Source: Halocafeteria seosinensis
Taxonomy: Eukaryota
DNA: 64,000 bases
Assembly (NCBI GenBank): GCA_001687465.1
Contig: LVLI01000233.1
Coordinates: 62,001 to 126,000 of the forward strand
Direction: 5' to 3'
This document shows positions 37,262-50,978 of this stretch, piece by piece; within the stretch, counting starts at the first letter, position 1, and every line of letters begins with the position of its first letter. The position numbers were made by a program, and so were the translations under genes. The notes beneath the pieces are model-generated. The model ran no database searches. It had not been told where the DNA came from and saw nothing but the letters and a program-made list of their open reading frames with translations.

Positions 37262-37930
37262 ATGAGAGAGCTTCGCTATCATGAGAAGAAGCTCCTCAAG
37301 AAGGTGGACTTCCTCCAGTGGCGTACAGAGCGTAATGTACGCGAAATACAGATTCTCCGAAGGTATATGATACAGAACAGGGATGATTATCACAAGTACG
37401 TTTGATGGAATCGAAAGCTGGGTGTCTGGTTATCAGTGCACAAGCAAATGTACAACACTGCCTGGTCGGTGTCACCCCCTCAACTTCAAGTGGAATCGTG
37501 CTTTTCGTGCAGATACAATAAGTTAGTAGGGAAGGTGACCAAGCTGGTTTCGAAGCTCAAGGAACTTCCACCGACAAATTCGCTACGCATAAAGACCACA
37601 GAAATGCTGCTTGATAAATTATATAAAATGGGATTGATCACCACCACCAGTAGTCTGAGCAAAGCCGAGAAGCTACCAGCTTCAGCGTTTGCTAGGAGAC
37701 GTTTACCTGTGGTCATGGTCCGATTAAAATTTTGCGAAACGCTGAAGGAAGCGGTTACATTCGTTGAACAAGGCCACGTGCGCGTTGGCCCTGAAGTTGT
37801 TACAGATCCCGCATTCCTGGTTACTCGGCCGATGGAGGACTTTATTACTTGGGTGGATGATTCGAAGATCAGGAAAACAATTGCTCGCTATAATGATAAA
37901 CTTGACGACTATGATCTGTTAGGAGAGTAA
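37262..37930 (+). CDS. IMP3: U3 snoRNP protein IMP3 (S4 domain)
   Basis: MRELRYHEKKLLKKVDFLQW...RDDYHK|YNKL...AFARRRLPVVM...AVTFVEQGHVRVGPEVVTDPAFLVTR.MEDFITWVD.SKI. One intron at ~37396-37512. Confidence 0.95.
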
Positions 37931-38198
37931 CGGATGAATGAAACGACACAAACATACACACACGTGCAACTAGTGGGGTAGGGTTGTAGTAGGCACATTA
38001 GATGTATTGGCGGTGATATCGGAGCGTCTACCATCCTCTCTGATTCCGTAGAGACATTTCAAGTCTCAGAGGGAATTAGTGGACACTTAAGAACTTGAAT
38101 CCCGTCATAAATTAAAAAAGAGTAGGGGCAGTTGCGATTCGTTGTTGGTATTCGCTGGAGGATACATGTATACTGCCCAAGCTGAGTCATGTTCCTCA

Positions 38199-40509
38199 TC
38201 AAGCACCACGACATTCATTTTCCTTCCCCGTTGGGCTGGAGTTGGTGTAAGCCCCACACTGCACACGAGATCCATCCTTCTTCCTCACAAACACCGGTTG
38301 TCCCTGTAATTGGGTAAAGTTGTGGTCCTGAGGATTCGCAAGTCTCAAGTTACCATTAGTCTGGTTCGTCGGCTGCGGGACATGGGGAAGTTTCTGGGTG
38401 CTTGGTCTGGTGGTAGTGCTTTTGAGAGGGCTGGACGCAGGCGCCCTTTTCGAGGGAGAATGCTGACTACGTGACCGCCGTTGGTGGTTCAACTGTGTCT
38501 CGCTCCTCAGGGAAGTCTTCACGGGACTTGACGGTATCCGTGCATTTGAATGAGCATTGGTACTACGGCCTTCAGCAGATTGCTGCCGCTTTGACAAACG
38601 AGTAGGAGTTCCTCCGACGCTAGAGCGTTTGGGATTGATACTCTTCCGGCTGGGTGTAGATGCTAGCCCTTCCACTGGCGGGTCAGTAACAGCAACATCT
38701 ACGTTCTCCTTGTCGGTGCCTTGAGAGCCGGAAACCGATTCCTTTTCAGCACACGATGGCAAGTCATTTCCTATCACCTCGACGGGAGAATTCCTCCCTC
38801 CCGATGACGTGCTATGCCTAGAAACGCTCTTACTTGCTTTCTGCCCCATCGTTGGGTTGACATTCCTTTGCGTTTGCGACCGTGCACGCAACCATTTTTG
38901 TCCTTGTGTATCAGTGACAGTGGAACTTGCCATAGACGCACTGGAACCGGTGTCACCACGAAGTGCTACTGTATTGCCAACGGATCTGCTCACGTCTTTA
39001 GTGGGGAATGTCGCTCGAGAGTTTTCCTTCGTCAGTGCGGAAGGAGTATCGGCTGCCTCTTGGGTACTCGTTTTTAACGCTCGGGTGTTCTTGTCTACTT
39101 TGGTAGGGACTTTGCGTGGTGAATCCTCAGAATAACGTTGTTGATGTTTCACTACATTATGCGATTGGACACGTAGACGGTTTTGCCCGTTCACTTGGCC
39201 GGTACTTTTCTTGTCCTCTCTTGTCGAGGTATACCTTACTTCCGATTTCTTCTTCGGCGATGATTGATCCACATTGCCCTGAAGTTGCTCTGCGACGGTA
39301 TTTAGCTTATTCAGTGTTGCTCGAAGTAAGCTTGGATCATTAAGTGGATCTCCACTCAGTCTTTTAGCACTGTTTCTTGTACTTATGGAGGTATCCACCA
39401 TTTGCGAGAAGCCGGAGTCATTCTGCAAGTCGATTCCCAATTCTCCCGCTTTTTGATAAATTTCATGAACAAGTTTCACCTCTGGTGAAGGCTCTGCAGG
39501 AGGAGTCTTTCGTGTTTCATTGACCGGTTTCTGCACGCGTTTTCCTTTCTTTTCCGACTTCTGCGGCAACGCTCCGGCATCTGTAGAAGTCTTCGAGGGC
39601 GTTTCGGCTGCACCAGCATTAGATGGTGCTCCATGGCTCTTCCACTCAACATTATCTTCCTTGTGCCATTGAGGAGACCGTAAGGGAGAGCTATTGCCAG
39701 TAGAAAAGCTCGGCAGAATGTTCTCCTCGCCAGACAGGTAAAATTGATCGCCACTTGGTTGTCGCACTGGAGAACTAAATCCTGGACTTCTCCCCCATGA
39801 AACGTCTTCCAGGGAGGTATTATAAGTGCTAAACTTCTTCGAAGATACCTGAGAATTTTTGTTGCTTGTGTCAAGAGCAACCGATTCGGTGTGGTTCCGT
39901 TTTTCCTGATTCTGGTATTGCATTTCCATGGCTGCAAGGGTGTCAACATCCAGTTCCCAAACATTGTTAGATCCCGTCTTTTCAGGTGACGGATGAGAGC
40001 GATTTGACGTAACAGTTGAATTATCTTCTTCTGGGTCACGGAAAACACTAGTATCGACAAACTTGCTTCTTCCGGGGAGCTCATCGGAATACGTAACCGG
40101 GCTTCTCATCGGCCTGCTGTATTTCTTCGAGGTTTTGCCCGTGCCTTTAGATTCCATCGCATCCTTGTAGGGGGAGTTTCTACCCGATTCCTGCGAGGAA
40201 TGGGAAGGTTCAGGTTCCATGGACGTGAGATGCGGAGGCTCGCTCTCTTACCTTCAAGCGATCGAGTTTCTTCCCGAGATATCGCACATTATTCTTATGA
40301 TCCCATTCATCCCTAGAAAGCATTCTTTCCAAATCTCTTCGAAAAGCTCGAATGCATCCATAAACAGAACTCCTTTCTCCATGGGGATGGCCGACACTCA
40401 GAAGCCAGGAAACGGCGCGTTTCCGGTCATCCTTTCGCACGCAGTGAAAACCTTTCCAACGTCGATGTTGAGGCGTCTCCCGATCCGAATGATGATGAGC
40501 TGGGTTCAC
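38199..40509 (-). CDS. Hypothetical Ser/Pro/Lys-rich, largely disordered protein
   Basis: A 673-aa ORF plus an upstream exon joined in frame through an intron (~40192-40252, AAG|gtaag...cag|GAA). Both ends uncertain. Confidence 0.65.
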
Positions 40510-41700
40510 TCACGGAGTCCTGCTGTTGAACAGTGGAAACTAACGAGTAACTAACAAAAGAAAGCCTTGAACTCCACCAGCTCAATGTAGAACAGCAAGC
40601 TCTGAGAGCTTCCCGTTGGTGTATATCAGGCTGTCACTCAATTCCAGAGTTTTTCTCGATAGTGACTGAGTTCACTCTGAACCACCGAAATTTCCAACTC
40701 ACGAAGAACAGATCTGTATACGAAAGCGAAGTTCGGACGTTGCGACGGACCGGGCTAGTTCGCCGGAGCTTTTAGCCTAGGTCGCCAGCATCGCAAGCTC
40801 CGGAGCTCAGGAAGCCAAGCTATTCAGGGCAGTCAAAGAAGATGGCAGCACGGCAATATACAGCTGATGGGCGTTATATTTCGTGTGAACTAGTGTTTGT
40901 TCGAGTAAACACAAAAGATGCCAAATATTCGGCGACAAAGAATGGTGCACAGCAGACTGGGGCTCTGAACGTGGAACGTGCTATGAAGAAAAAGCTACAG
41001 ATATTGTTTGTAAAACGTTCTCTATTTGTGACCGGTGGAAGGAAGACCTAACAAACTCCACTTTGTGGTGGCGTGATATTTGGCGAAGTATGGGTATCAA
41101 ACTACCGCTACCCGTAAAATATTTAAAATGATGAATTAGTGCTTCCCTCCCGCTCCAACCATACTGAGATACGTAGGCACACATCTGTTTTGAGTGCTTG
41201 TATGTCAGAATCTTCTAACGACTTGTAGGCGGCATGTTTCTCGGTACCACTACAAGACAGAAAGGCGATGAGTGCTGCGGCGCAAAGCAGCAGTAGCAGC
41301 TCTGCGTCTCAATCGGGACACAAACTCGCTCGTGAGAGTCATCCCTCCACCGCCGTGGAATCCTACCAAGAGCGTGAGTCCGACAGTGCTTCTTTGTTTC
41401 AATTACTTGCAGTTGTTTACGTCGGGATGCGAGGGGCATCGACAAGAATGCCTTAAGGTCATTTCTCCAGATATACAAATTCCTTGTTGCCAGTGTTGCG
41501 AACAGGCCTACGCCGAGACGATGATCGACTCTCCTACAGCATGCGACTATAACCGTATTCATTGATATTGAATGGTTAATGGACATCAGTTTCGTCCATT
41601 TAAAGTTAAGGGATCATAACAATGGCACTCCTGAAACGGATAAACAGTTGCCGCTAGTATCGTAACGCAAAGTTCAACAATGGAGAAAGGAGATAAGCGT

Positions 41701-41943
41701 ATGGATAACTATAAGCCGATGCCGGATCCTAACGATCCACAGGCTCCGGCCGAGGAGGGACAAAATCCGATCCAACAACGGTCCGGTTATGCGTATTATT
41801 GGGGCACACAGTACGCACCGTCTGGTCAATATTGCTATTATCCCCACACCGAACTTGCCTACGGAGGGCAATATCAGGTAGGCAGGTTTTGTTCCTGCGG
41901 GCGCGCCGCCAATGGTGATGGTACAGGTAACTACCCAACGTAA
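41701..41943 (+). CDS. Possible small Tyr/Gln/Pro-rich protein (first exon)
   Basis: MDNYKPMPDPNDPQAP...GYAYYWGTQY...YGGQYQ followed by a gtaggc donor-like site. Confidence 0.3.
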   Translation: MDNYKPMPDPNDPQAPAEEGQNPIQQRSGYAYYWGTQYAPSGQYCYYPHTELAYGGQYQVGRFCSCGRAANGDGTGNYPT

Positions 41944-42036
41944 TCTTAATCTTCGTTCACTCTTGACTTCTGATGTGCACACCTAGTACCTGTTCCACAT
42001 AATGGTAATACAGTACCCACATTGATCCTATGCCTA

Positions 42037-44507
42037 TCAGGACTCCTCTTTTTGCACAGAGCCGTCCCGCTCATGACCGAATAGTTCCTCCCGTAAGTGC
42101 TCACTATCCCCAGCCACTGTAGTCCCCGTTAGGGATGTTTCTTCTTGATTAGTGGCGAACTTTGCAGTGACACGCTGTCTAGGGATGTTGCATAGGTCAG
42201 CTCGCGACTCAAGATATTGAAGGATCGTTTTACCAGTAACAGCAGGCGGATTTTTCCTGCCACCTCCGCGTAGTGCCCGCTCAATGGATTGTTTCCCCAA
42301 AATCTTCCTGGATGGTGCACTTGGGTAACGGCTATAGTTGTGATTGTTTGGACCACCCCAATAACAATTGATTAGGGACTTGATTCCCTGCACAGCATCA
42401 TTAAAAAATATTCTCTGCTCTTCGAAGCTTTCTTCTGGAGCAGCAGCCAGATCGGTAGCTTGCATTCTTTGTTCCATAGCGACTTGGGTTTTATCTAAAC
42501 GCTGTACTCGTTCCTGCAAAAGTTGAAATCGTTTGGAATTTGCATCTCCTGCTTCTGAAGGAGCATACGCTAGTCCTCCTCCAGCTTCTGGATTCTCCCC
42601 AGCTCGATCCTCCAAAGCTTTCATTCTTTTCTCCAGTTCGTTTACTCTTTCCGGATTTTGTCGCTCTTTCTCTGTTTGGCCTTCCGCAATTTGTCGCCGC
42701 AACTGCTCAATTTCCTGTCGAAGAGTGTTCGGGTCTGTTGCATCACTAGAAGAGAAACCATCGGCAGCTTCAACTCCCGTTTCCTGTACCTCCTCACTGG
42801 TGTCGATGACCGTATCGCGAGAAGCGCTATGAACCTCGTGTTTCTTGGTTTGAAACTCCGTCGGTGTGCAGTTCAGAAACAATAAGATGGCTGAATCGCT
42901 GAGCTCCACCTTGTTCTTCATGGCTGCTTTAAGTATCGCCAGGCTTATACTAATTCCTTCAGCTTGGTAAATGTTTGGAGAGTCCTGATTTTTCCATGGC
43001 ATGACTTTATGCAAGCATCCACCTGGCACAGGGGTCTTCGGATCTAACGTGCGGAGTTTATTCTCGAGCGCGAGAGTTATGACACGACTTAAGCGCTCCA
43101 AAAATGGATTGACTTCTTCTCGTCTCTTTGGAAGGTTTTCAAGCAGACTCTTTATCTCTCTTTCTCGCCGATAATCGATGGCAGTTTGCAGAATAGTGCC
43201 GATTCCCTCTACAATATGACTCACAAGCGGGATTGTACCCGTTAAGACTTCCAGAAACTTAATTCCCTTGCCGACCGCGTCGTCACGGTTACGTTGCACC
43301 TGTCCAGTGCCCAGAACCATCGCTGACAAACTATAGTCCTGAAGATTAGAGACCAGAGCGTTGTAGAACGGGTATAATACATCTGTGGAACTCTCAATGT
43401 ATTGCCGTTCAATTCGTTCATCTCTTTTCCGAGGATTAAGTTTGATTGCTTCCGAGACTTGATCACGAGTCACCACTTTTCGTAGCTGTACCTCATCTAT
43501 CCATTGGAGCGCTTGCTGTTGAAGTGCGCTTCTCATCTCTGGGGTAAAACCCTCGACAGCTTCCTTGTCCACGTCTGAGACTGTATTCTTTTGCGGTTCT
43601 ACCTGGGTGCCGCTACTTCCAGTTTCTGCATGGCATTGGCAAATGAAGGGTGTAGCTCGACAAATGCGTTGCTGGTGTCCTTACCATTGGGGCTATGGGC
43701 ACGCTTATCGGCTTCAGCCTGTTGGATATCTTCTCTGGCTTTGACTAAATCAGGGTGTACAGTTAGTGCTTTGTTGAAATAGCTGATGGCCTCATCAAAT
43801 CGTCCGAGGTGGTACAATGCAAGCCCTTTCCTGTGGAAAGCACTTTCTCCAAAGTAAACATGGGGCTTGAATTCAGGGTCAATTTGGATACTCATATCAA
43901 AATACTCGAGGCTCTCCTCAAACCGTTTTCCTAGCAACAATGAATATCCTTTGGCGTACATCAGCAAAGCAGTGGAACCATTTTTTCGTACGCCTTCATC
44001 AGCTACACTTAAGGATTGTTCAATCTTCCCAGATTCTGCCAAAGCTTTGATCTTGTTGGAATACGCAACCTCTCCTGTATAGCATTGTCGCATTCCTCTG
44101 TCGACATGCTTGATCGCTTCTTCATACCTCTCGAGATATCTAAGTATATTTGCTCGGTTAACTTCCATAGCTCCAATATCATTGGACTTAGAGCGAAGGG
44201 CTTCGTCAGCTACTTTTAGCGCCTCTTGATAGCGTCCTGTCCCGCATAATGCAGCGCCCTTCAAAAGTAGGCCTTGGTGGTTTCGAGGGTCATTGCGCAA
44301 TATTGTATCAGCTGCATTTTCGAGGTCTGTGAAACGTCCCATGTCGTTACAAGCAGCCCCCTTGAGCAGGTTTGCCTGGATATTCTGGGGTTGTAGTTTA
44401 AGAGCTTCTGTGATCGACGCCAGGCAGTCACCATACTTTTTCTGAGTGTATAGCGAACTAGCCCGCTGAACCAACTTCTGAAATTTGCCAGCTTGTTGTT
44501 GATTCAT
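42037..44507 (-). CDS. TPR-repeat protein with unassigned helical/coiled-coil C-terminal region (two exons)
   Basis: About 7 TPR motifs (e.g. AFHRKGLALYHLGRFDEAISYFNKALTVHP). A 59-nt phase-1 intron (43626-43684, G|gtaagg...atgcag|AA) joins the 302-aa and 511-aa ORFs in frame. Confidence 0.8.
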
Positions 44508-45115
44508 GTTTCTCCTTGCTGGAATCCGTTAGAAAATGAAAATAGAAGAAAGAAAAGAAAAGAAGGAAAAAAGAGAGGACGGCACTGCCACCGCCCGTGC
44601 TTTAGCTCACAACTCAGTGTATTTGCCGAATTTAGTGCAATGACTAGAAAGGCTAACAGTGGTTGAACAAACAGTCAATGACCGCCTTTCGCTGCCAGTA
44701 TTTCTGGTGAGAATGTGTATACAATGACTAAGAAATGGGAATATCTTCCGTGCGGAAAGTGCCACTTCAATCACAGTTACACCAAGGTTCTCGGATGTTC
44801 GTCAACGGCTTACATTACAATGCTGACATGGTGATACAGAATTGGAGATTGTTCCGAGTGTTGGGATCACCATATCTAGCTAAACTATCTACCCAAGACT
44901 ACAATGCGATCAGAATGGTACAACTCCAGCTCACTGAACGAGAATCAGAATGTAGTTGCATTGTCCACGTATTTAGTCACCCTTTTGTGTTTATACGATG
45001 ATGCCCGGCATACTCCATTTCACAAACGAGTCCGAATCTTCTATGATGTGTTGCTCGATTCGTACCCAGGCTGTAGAGGAAGCTGCAGCCTGCAGCTCCA
45101 AATCATACTGCCAGC

Positions 45116-46694
45116 CGATTCCCAATTCTCCCGCTTTTTGATAAATCTCATGAACAAGTTTCACCTCTGGTGAAGGCTCTTCAGGAGGAATCTTTGCGTT
45201 TCATTATCCGGTTCTGCACACACTTTCCTTTATTTTTCAACTTCTGCGGCGACGCTCCTCCCGCATCTGCGGAAGTCTTCGACGACGAAAATGTGACTGA
45301 TGGCCCACCGGCAGCTGGATGTTAGCCGCTACAATTAGGTAGCAGCTGGCGCCCGTGTCTGGCAGCTACAGGCCCGCTGTTCCACTAGGAGAGAGGCAGC
45401 ATAAACGAGTGACTTCAAAGCATTGACGCAGACCCGAACTTCAGTATCCGTTTGCGTCACATCCCATGGGACCTCCGCATGGCTAGCTAGCAGTTCATTG
45501 CTTAATAGGATTGGGAGGATATTGTTGTTAGTTTCCTCTTGCACGTATAAGTCAGTTCGTGTAGCTTGCTCTTCGGCTGTTCTCGAATCCGAAATCCACC
45601 CGAGACGTGCTGTCCGTCTCAGTTCTTCGTCTCTCTTCTCTCCTGGCTCTCGATCCCCCTTCCCCATTGGTGTCTTCCCAACGTTCCATTCCGTCTCGTC
45701 CTTACTCCCCCGTCTCGACACAGCCGCTTGACTCGCTAGCAGTTCATAGGATATTGTTGTTAGTTTCCTCTTGCACGTATAAGCCAATTCGTGTAGCTTG
45801 CTCTTCGGCTGTTCTCGAATCCGGATTCCACCGGAGATGATGCATCTTCGTCGCTGCCTCTGGTCGAGAATTGATGGACTTCGTTCTCGAAAGTCGTTCC
45901 ATCCCTGCGCTGGTGTTCCTCTAGCGCGCGCTTTGTGTCCCCTTTTGTTCTTCGAGGGCGTTTCGGCTGCACCAACATTAGATGGTGCTCCATGGCTCTT
46001 CCACTCAACATTATCTTCCTTGTGCCATTGAGGAGACCGTAAGGAAGAGCTATTACCAGTAGAAAAGCTCGGCAGAATGCATTCTTTTCAAATTCCCTCG
46101 AAAGAGTCGAATGCATCCACAAACAGAACTCGTTTCTGCGCGGGGATGGGGCGCGTTTCCGGTCATCCTTTCGCACGCCGTGAAAGCCTTTCCAACGTCG
46201 ATGTTGAGGCGTCTCACGGTCCGAATGACGATGAGCTAAGTTCACTCACGGAGTCCTGCTGTTGAACAGTGGAAACTAACGAGTAACTAACAAAAGACAG
46301 CCTTGAACTCTACCAGCTCAATGTGGAACAGCAAGCTCTGAGAGCTTCCCGTTGGTGTATATCAGGCTGTCACTCAATTCCAGAGTTTTTCGCGATAGTG
46401 ACTGAGTTCACTCTGAACCACCGAAATTTCCAACTCACGAAGAACAGACCTGTATACGTCGTAATATACGAAAGCGATGTTCGAAGTTGCGACGGTCCCG
46501 GGCCAGTCGCCGGAGCTTTTAGGTCGTCAGCATCGCAAGCTCCGGAGCTCAGGAAGCCAAGCTATTCAGGGCAGTCAAAGAAGATGGCAGCACGGCAGGA
46601 TACAGCTGATGGGCGTTATATTTCGTGTGAACTAGTGTTTGTTCGAGTTAACACGAAAGAAGCCAAATATTCGGCGACAAAGAATGGTGCACAG
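45116..46694 (-). pseudogene. Rearranged partial duplicate of the 38199-40509 gene and its upstream region
   Basis: 45116-45282 matches ~39431-39596, 45949-46079 matches ~39590-39720, and 46080-46694 matches ~40320-40952. High nucleotide similarity with indels and frameshifts. Confidence 0.85.
45486..45832. repeat. ~100-bp direct repeat (45486-45600 and 45735-45832)
   Basis: Shared gctagcagttcat...aggatattgttgttagtttcctcttgcacgtataag...gtagcttgctcttcggctgttctcgaatccg. Confidence 0.9.
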
Positions 46695-47423
46695 GCTGCA
46701 GCACAGCGCTTGATTCTTCAACCTACAAATTTCTCGCTGAATCTATCACAACGCAAATGCGGCAAATCCGAGCGATATCGTGTACCGTCTAGAATTGTTG
46801 ACTCTAGTGAAATTTCCTCCGGAAAGAAAAGAGATATATATTATATACATCCTCATGTAGTTAGTGAGAATCTCACACCAAGTGGAAGTCAAATTGCACT
46901 GCCAGACTGAATCCAGATTGGGGACTTCCCTCATGTATTCTACAGAGTTGTTAAAGTAGCACTTTCCTTTGTCGAAGCTGCTCTATGCACAGTAGTCGGC
47001 AGGAAGCATTATCTGACACTATCATGATCGTTGTCGTTTGAATGAAATTGGATGCACCAACGTCTTCACAGTTGAGAAGCCCCTGCTTTAGAGATGGCAC
47101 TACCCGGTCGGGTTTGTTGCTGCACGTTCCTGTACAGTACAGGCTATCAGCATGGTTGCGTATGACGTTCTCTTATGGATGGTCCTCTGGATCATCCAAA
47201 CCCTGATAACGCTTACGGTCAAAGTCTACTGCTGCAACAGGAGCAAGTTAGGGTCTGATACTTCTCACAAGAGGGGATCCAGTAGTATCGACGGTAGGTA
47301 CTAGGGTCAGACCTTCTGATTGTGGTATTTAGAGTTCAAGCTCCCATGTGTGGTTTGGATTCAGAAACTAGCGCTTTGGCCCCGAGGGTGAACACGAACC
47401 CGGTGAAACGAGATGGCACAGAT

Positions 47424-48907
47424 ATGGAGGACCCGGCAAGCACAGCTGAAGTGGAAAGTGGTCAGAAGAGCACATGCAAAGAGAAATGGAAAAACTCCGT
47501 CTCGGCAAAGAGTATTTCTATTATCGCAGGAGTTAGTAGGTAGCTGGTACTGTGGCTTTCCAGCTATCAGAATTGACAACTCGTGGTTTCATGCAGACCT
47601 ACCGCTCGCCTACCTTTCTGGGTTCGTATTAAGTTGAGATACACTCTCAAATCGTCTGTATCTTTCACACGTGAAGGGGCTCTTCTTTCTTCCAGGGCTT
47701 GTTTGTTTGCAATCGTGATTGCTGCCTTCCAGAACAGCTTGATATTTGTCCCCGAAAAGGCGGACAAGTGCTCTATTGAATGCCCTATTGACGATCTATT
47801 TTGCTGCTCCTATGATCAGTTCAAAGCGTAAGCAATGCCTTTTTATTTTACCTCGTTAGTTCAATGTACAATCGTATACGCTTTCTAATCCCAGGGAACT
47901 AAACGCTACCGATGTATACTTTTCGGATAAGAAATCCGGACTCAAATTACACGGCTGGTATTTCTCTAACGTTAGCGATACAGATGGCAAACCTCCTCTT
48001 AGTATCCTTTACAACCACGGTAGCGGGAGGAACATCGCAGTCCAATATAGATTCCAACGGTATCAGGTCCTGCTGGCAACCGGGAACGTCCGCATTTTCG
48101 TTTATGATTATCCGGGTAAGACATTCTCAGAGCCTTGAAATCCTAGGCGTACATGCGGTTGTTGACTTGAGTATGGCTGGTACACCAAACGCAGGTTATG
48201 GGAAGAGTGACGGTAGCCCTTCTGAGGATAATGTTAAGAGCTCGGCATTGGCAGCCTACGAAGCATTCCAAAGCATTCTTCCACAAGATGTGAGAGGTGT
48301 CGGCAATTTTACCTTCCTGGGGAGGTAAGTTCACGATTATGAATATCGAAACTCGTCGCTAGCACTCTTACGATTGTTCAGATCGCTTGGAGGAGGAGTA
48401 GCCACTTGGGCCATGAGGCAATTGACGCAACAAAGCGGCATGGTATCTAATATGGTTTTGCAAAGCACATTTGCTTCCCTAAGTACGTTATAACACTCAT
48501 TTGGTTCCCGCTGGTTACCAAGCAATCAAGCATGTCGCCACAGAAGAGACGGCAGCCGCGCCATTTCCAGTCTACGGATGGGTAATTATCCAGGTCTGGG
48601 ATGTAACTTTTGACAGCGAAAACAACATTAAGCCTTATGTAAGTTCCAACTTCGGTGTAAGCTGTCTCCGTGTTTAACTGAATTTATACTTCTCCAACGA
48701 CAGAGTGGATGCTTGTATCAGTACCATTCAAAAGATGACGAGTGGGTACCGTTCCAACAGGGAGAAGACCTGTTCAAAGCTGCCCAACACGTGCCGACGA
48801 CGGGAGATTGCAAGGTGTTCGTGGAGGAGTCTGATGTCAAACATGATGACCCCATGACGGAGAAACAAGTTGACTCTCTTCATAGTTGGTTACAAGAAAA
48901 CAGGTGA
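47424..48907 (+). CDS. Alpha/beta hydrolase, ABHD13/ABHD17-like, with N-terminal membrane anchor
   Basis: FQNSLIFVP, YNHGSG.NI, YDYP|GYGKSDGSPSE, nucleophile motif GR|SLGG, LQSTF.SL, HSKDDEWVP and C-terminal H. Multi-exon. Confidence 0.85.
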
Positions 48908-48940
48908 CACTACGTTGCACACCTAAAGCGGCTAAACTGC

Positions 48941-50978
48941 TCACCATACCCAGGCGATAATACCAGTAGTAACACCTATCAGAAAAATCGACAACCCCGC
49001 GTTCGTTAACCTATGCCGACGATCGTGCTTTAGGTACTCCTCGTACTTTCGTCGTGCATCTCCATTCTTCTTAAGGAGATTGATGTAGTCTCCGTCTTCA
49101 TCGTTGTTCTTCTCTTTTTCGTAGGAATGTCCGTTTCCGTCTTCCGACAACAGTGTAGCTGCTTCATTGGTAGAGCCTGTGGCGTCATCCGTGGGTGCAA
49201 GATCGCCTGAGTTTTGGCATTCTTCGTAGGCGCCTGACTCTACTAAACGTTGCACCTTTTCTCTTTTACCCACCAATCTGTATGCTTGCTTGAATTCCTC
49301 TAGGTAGAAAGACTCTACTTTTCCAGCCGTTCTCAAACAGAACTTTACAGTGTTGGCTGCATTTTCAACAGGGTCCTTTAACTCCGTAAACAGACTCACA
49401 GTCACCATAACAAGCCCTGAAAGTAAAACTAACACAGCACCAAAGTGGAGAAAGCTCGATCCCACAAATACTTTGCCAAACCCTGAACTAGCCGTTGATC
49501 CCGCAGCAGAGAGGCCTGCCATCCACAGTAATCGAATACCGCCGAAAAGGTGTCCACTTATCAAACCTGTTAAAGCCCCTGCCTCCGTAGCACGTGGCCA
49601 CAAAACCGCAATCAAAAACACTATAGCAATGGGAGGCCCAATCATCGCATTGACACTTTGCATAGCTACATACAGCGAATCATCCAAATGTGAAAGAATG
49701 GGAATCCATAGTACGCCAAGTGCTGTCATTGTCGCTACCCATATTCTGCCGGCTCTGACCAGCGCCTTGTCCGTCGCTGCAGGCTTGAGCCTCTTGAACA
49801 CATCCATAGCAAATATGGTGGAAGCTGAGTTGAATGTACTCGCCAGCACCGATAAAATAGCGGCAAGCATTGCAGCGATCATCAGCCCTAGAACACCATT
49901 GGGCATCAAATGCGACATAACAACAGGAAATGCCTTATTTGCTCCTGGACATTCACCGTCATCATTCTGTGGACAATCCATATCCTCAGGATACAGATAT
50001 CGCGCAGCGATTCCCGGAAGACACCAAGCAAAGGGGATAGTTAATTTCAAGAATCCGGCCATGATACTTCCTGACGCCCCATGAGTGGTACTTTTTGCAG
50101 CTAAGCCCCGCTGGACCATTTCCTGCTCGGTACAATGGAACCATAGCATCAGCCACGGGGCACCGAATAAGGTGGCGGACCAGCTGTAGGGTCCAGATGT
50201 CTGGTACATCTTAAGATAGGATTCATCCATTCCAGCTGCAGTTGCTTCCGGACTATCGTGCAGCTTATCTGACAAGCCAGACCAGCCACCCACTTCATGC
50301 ATAACAAGCGCTGTAGTAAGAGATCCGCCGACTACCAAAAGTATTGTATTGATCACCTCCACGTGAATAATTGCGGCCAATCCGCCGATCATGGTAAATA
50401 CGCCTGTGAATAATAGCAAGATAGCGACTGACGTCCACATCCCAAGACCAAGTGTACTCTCCATGATTATCGCTCCACAAAACAGTGACGCAGAGACGCG
50501 GCTCACAATGTAAATTAGGAGTGACATCGCCGCCAAGTAGATCCTCATTTTCTTTCCAAATCGTCTCTCTGTGTACTCCGGCATCGTAAAGACAAACTGC
50601 CTCATGAAGATGGGAAGGAAGACATAGGCGAGCAATAAGAACATATATGGGCTCGCCATGTCGAAGAATGAAGCAGCAATTCCCACTGATGCTCCCGCAC
50701 TCGATAACCCTATGATTGAATCCGATCCTGTTACCATCAACCAAAGAATTCCAACCTACAGCGCGAAACTGTGAGTTTACGTTCGTTTACGTACCTATGT
50801 TGCTCGCAAAAAAACTAGATCCTACCGCGAACCATTTTGTATCCCTCTTTGCCAGGAAATAGCTGGTTGTATCGTGATTCTTCATCCGTCTGGCGTGGTA
50901 ATACGTCAAGCTCGCTAGGGCAAGCACGTAGGCAGAGATGAGTATGTAGTCAAAGTAGTTCGTCGTTGTGTTCGCCAT
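48941..50978 (-). CDS. Sodium:solute symporter (SLC5/SGLT-like)
   Basis: YFLA.RD..W.AVG.S.FASNIG, FTMPEY.E.RFG, GGL.A, W..CT.QE.VQR.LAAK, GL..AAMLAA..S...S.FNS.ST.F..D. Many TM helices. Confidence 0.93.

Noticed and set aside
43572..43601. Apparent two-gene operon or frameshift between the TPR ORF and the 511-aa ORF
   Set aside because: A canonical 59-nt GT-AG intron (43626-43684) joins them in frame.
46323..46910. 195-aa plus-strand ORF
   Set aside because: It lies mostly in the duplicated segment, and the other copy (40590-40950) has indels that break this frame, so it is probably spurious.
49350..50084. 244-aa antisense ORF (and similar shadow ORFs elsewhere)
   Set aside because: It is the antisense shadow of the SLC5 coding sequence.
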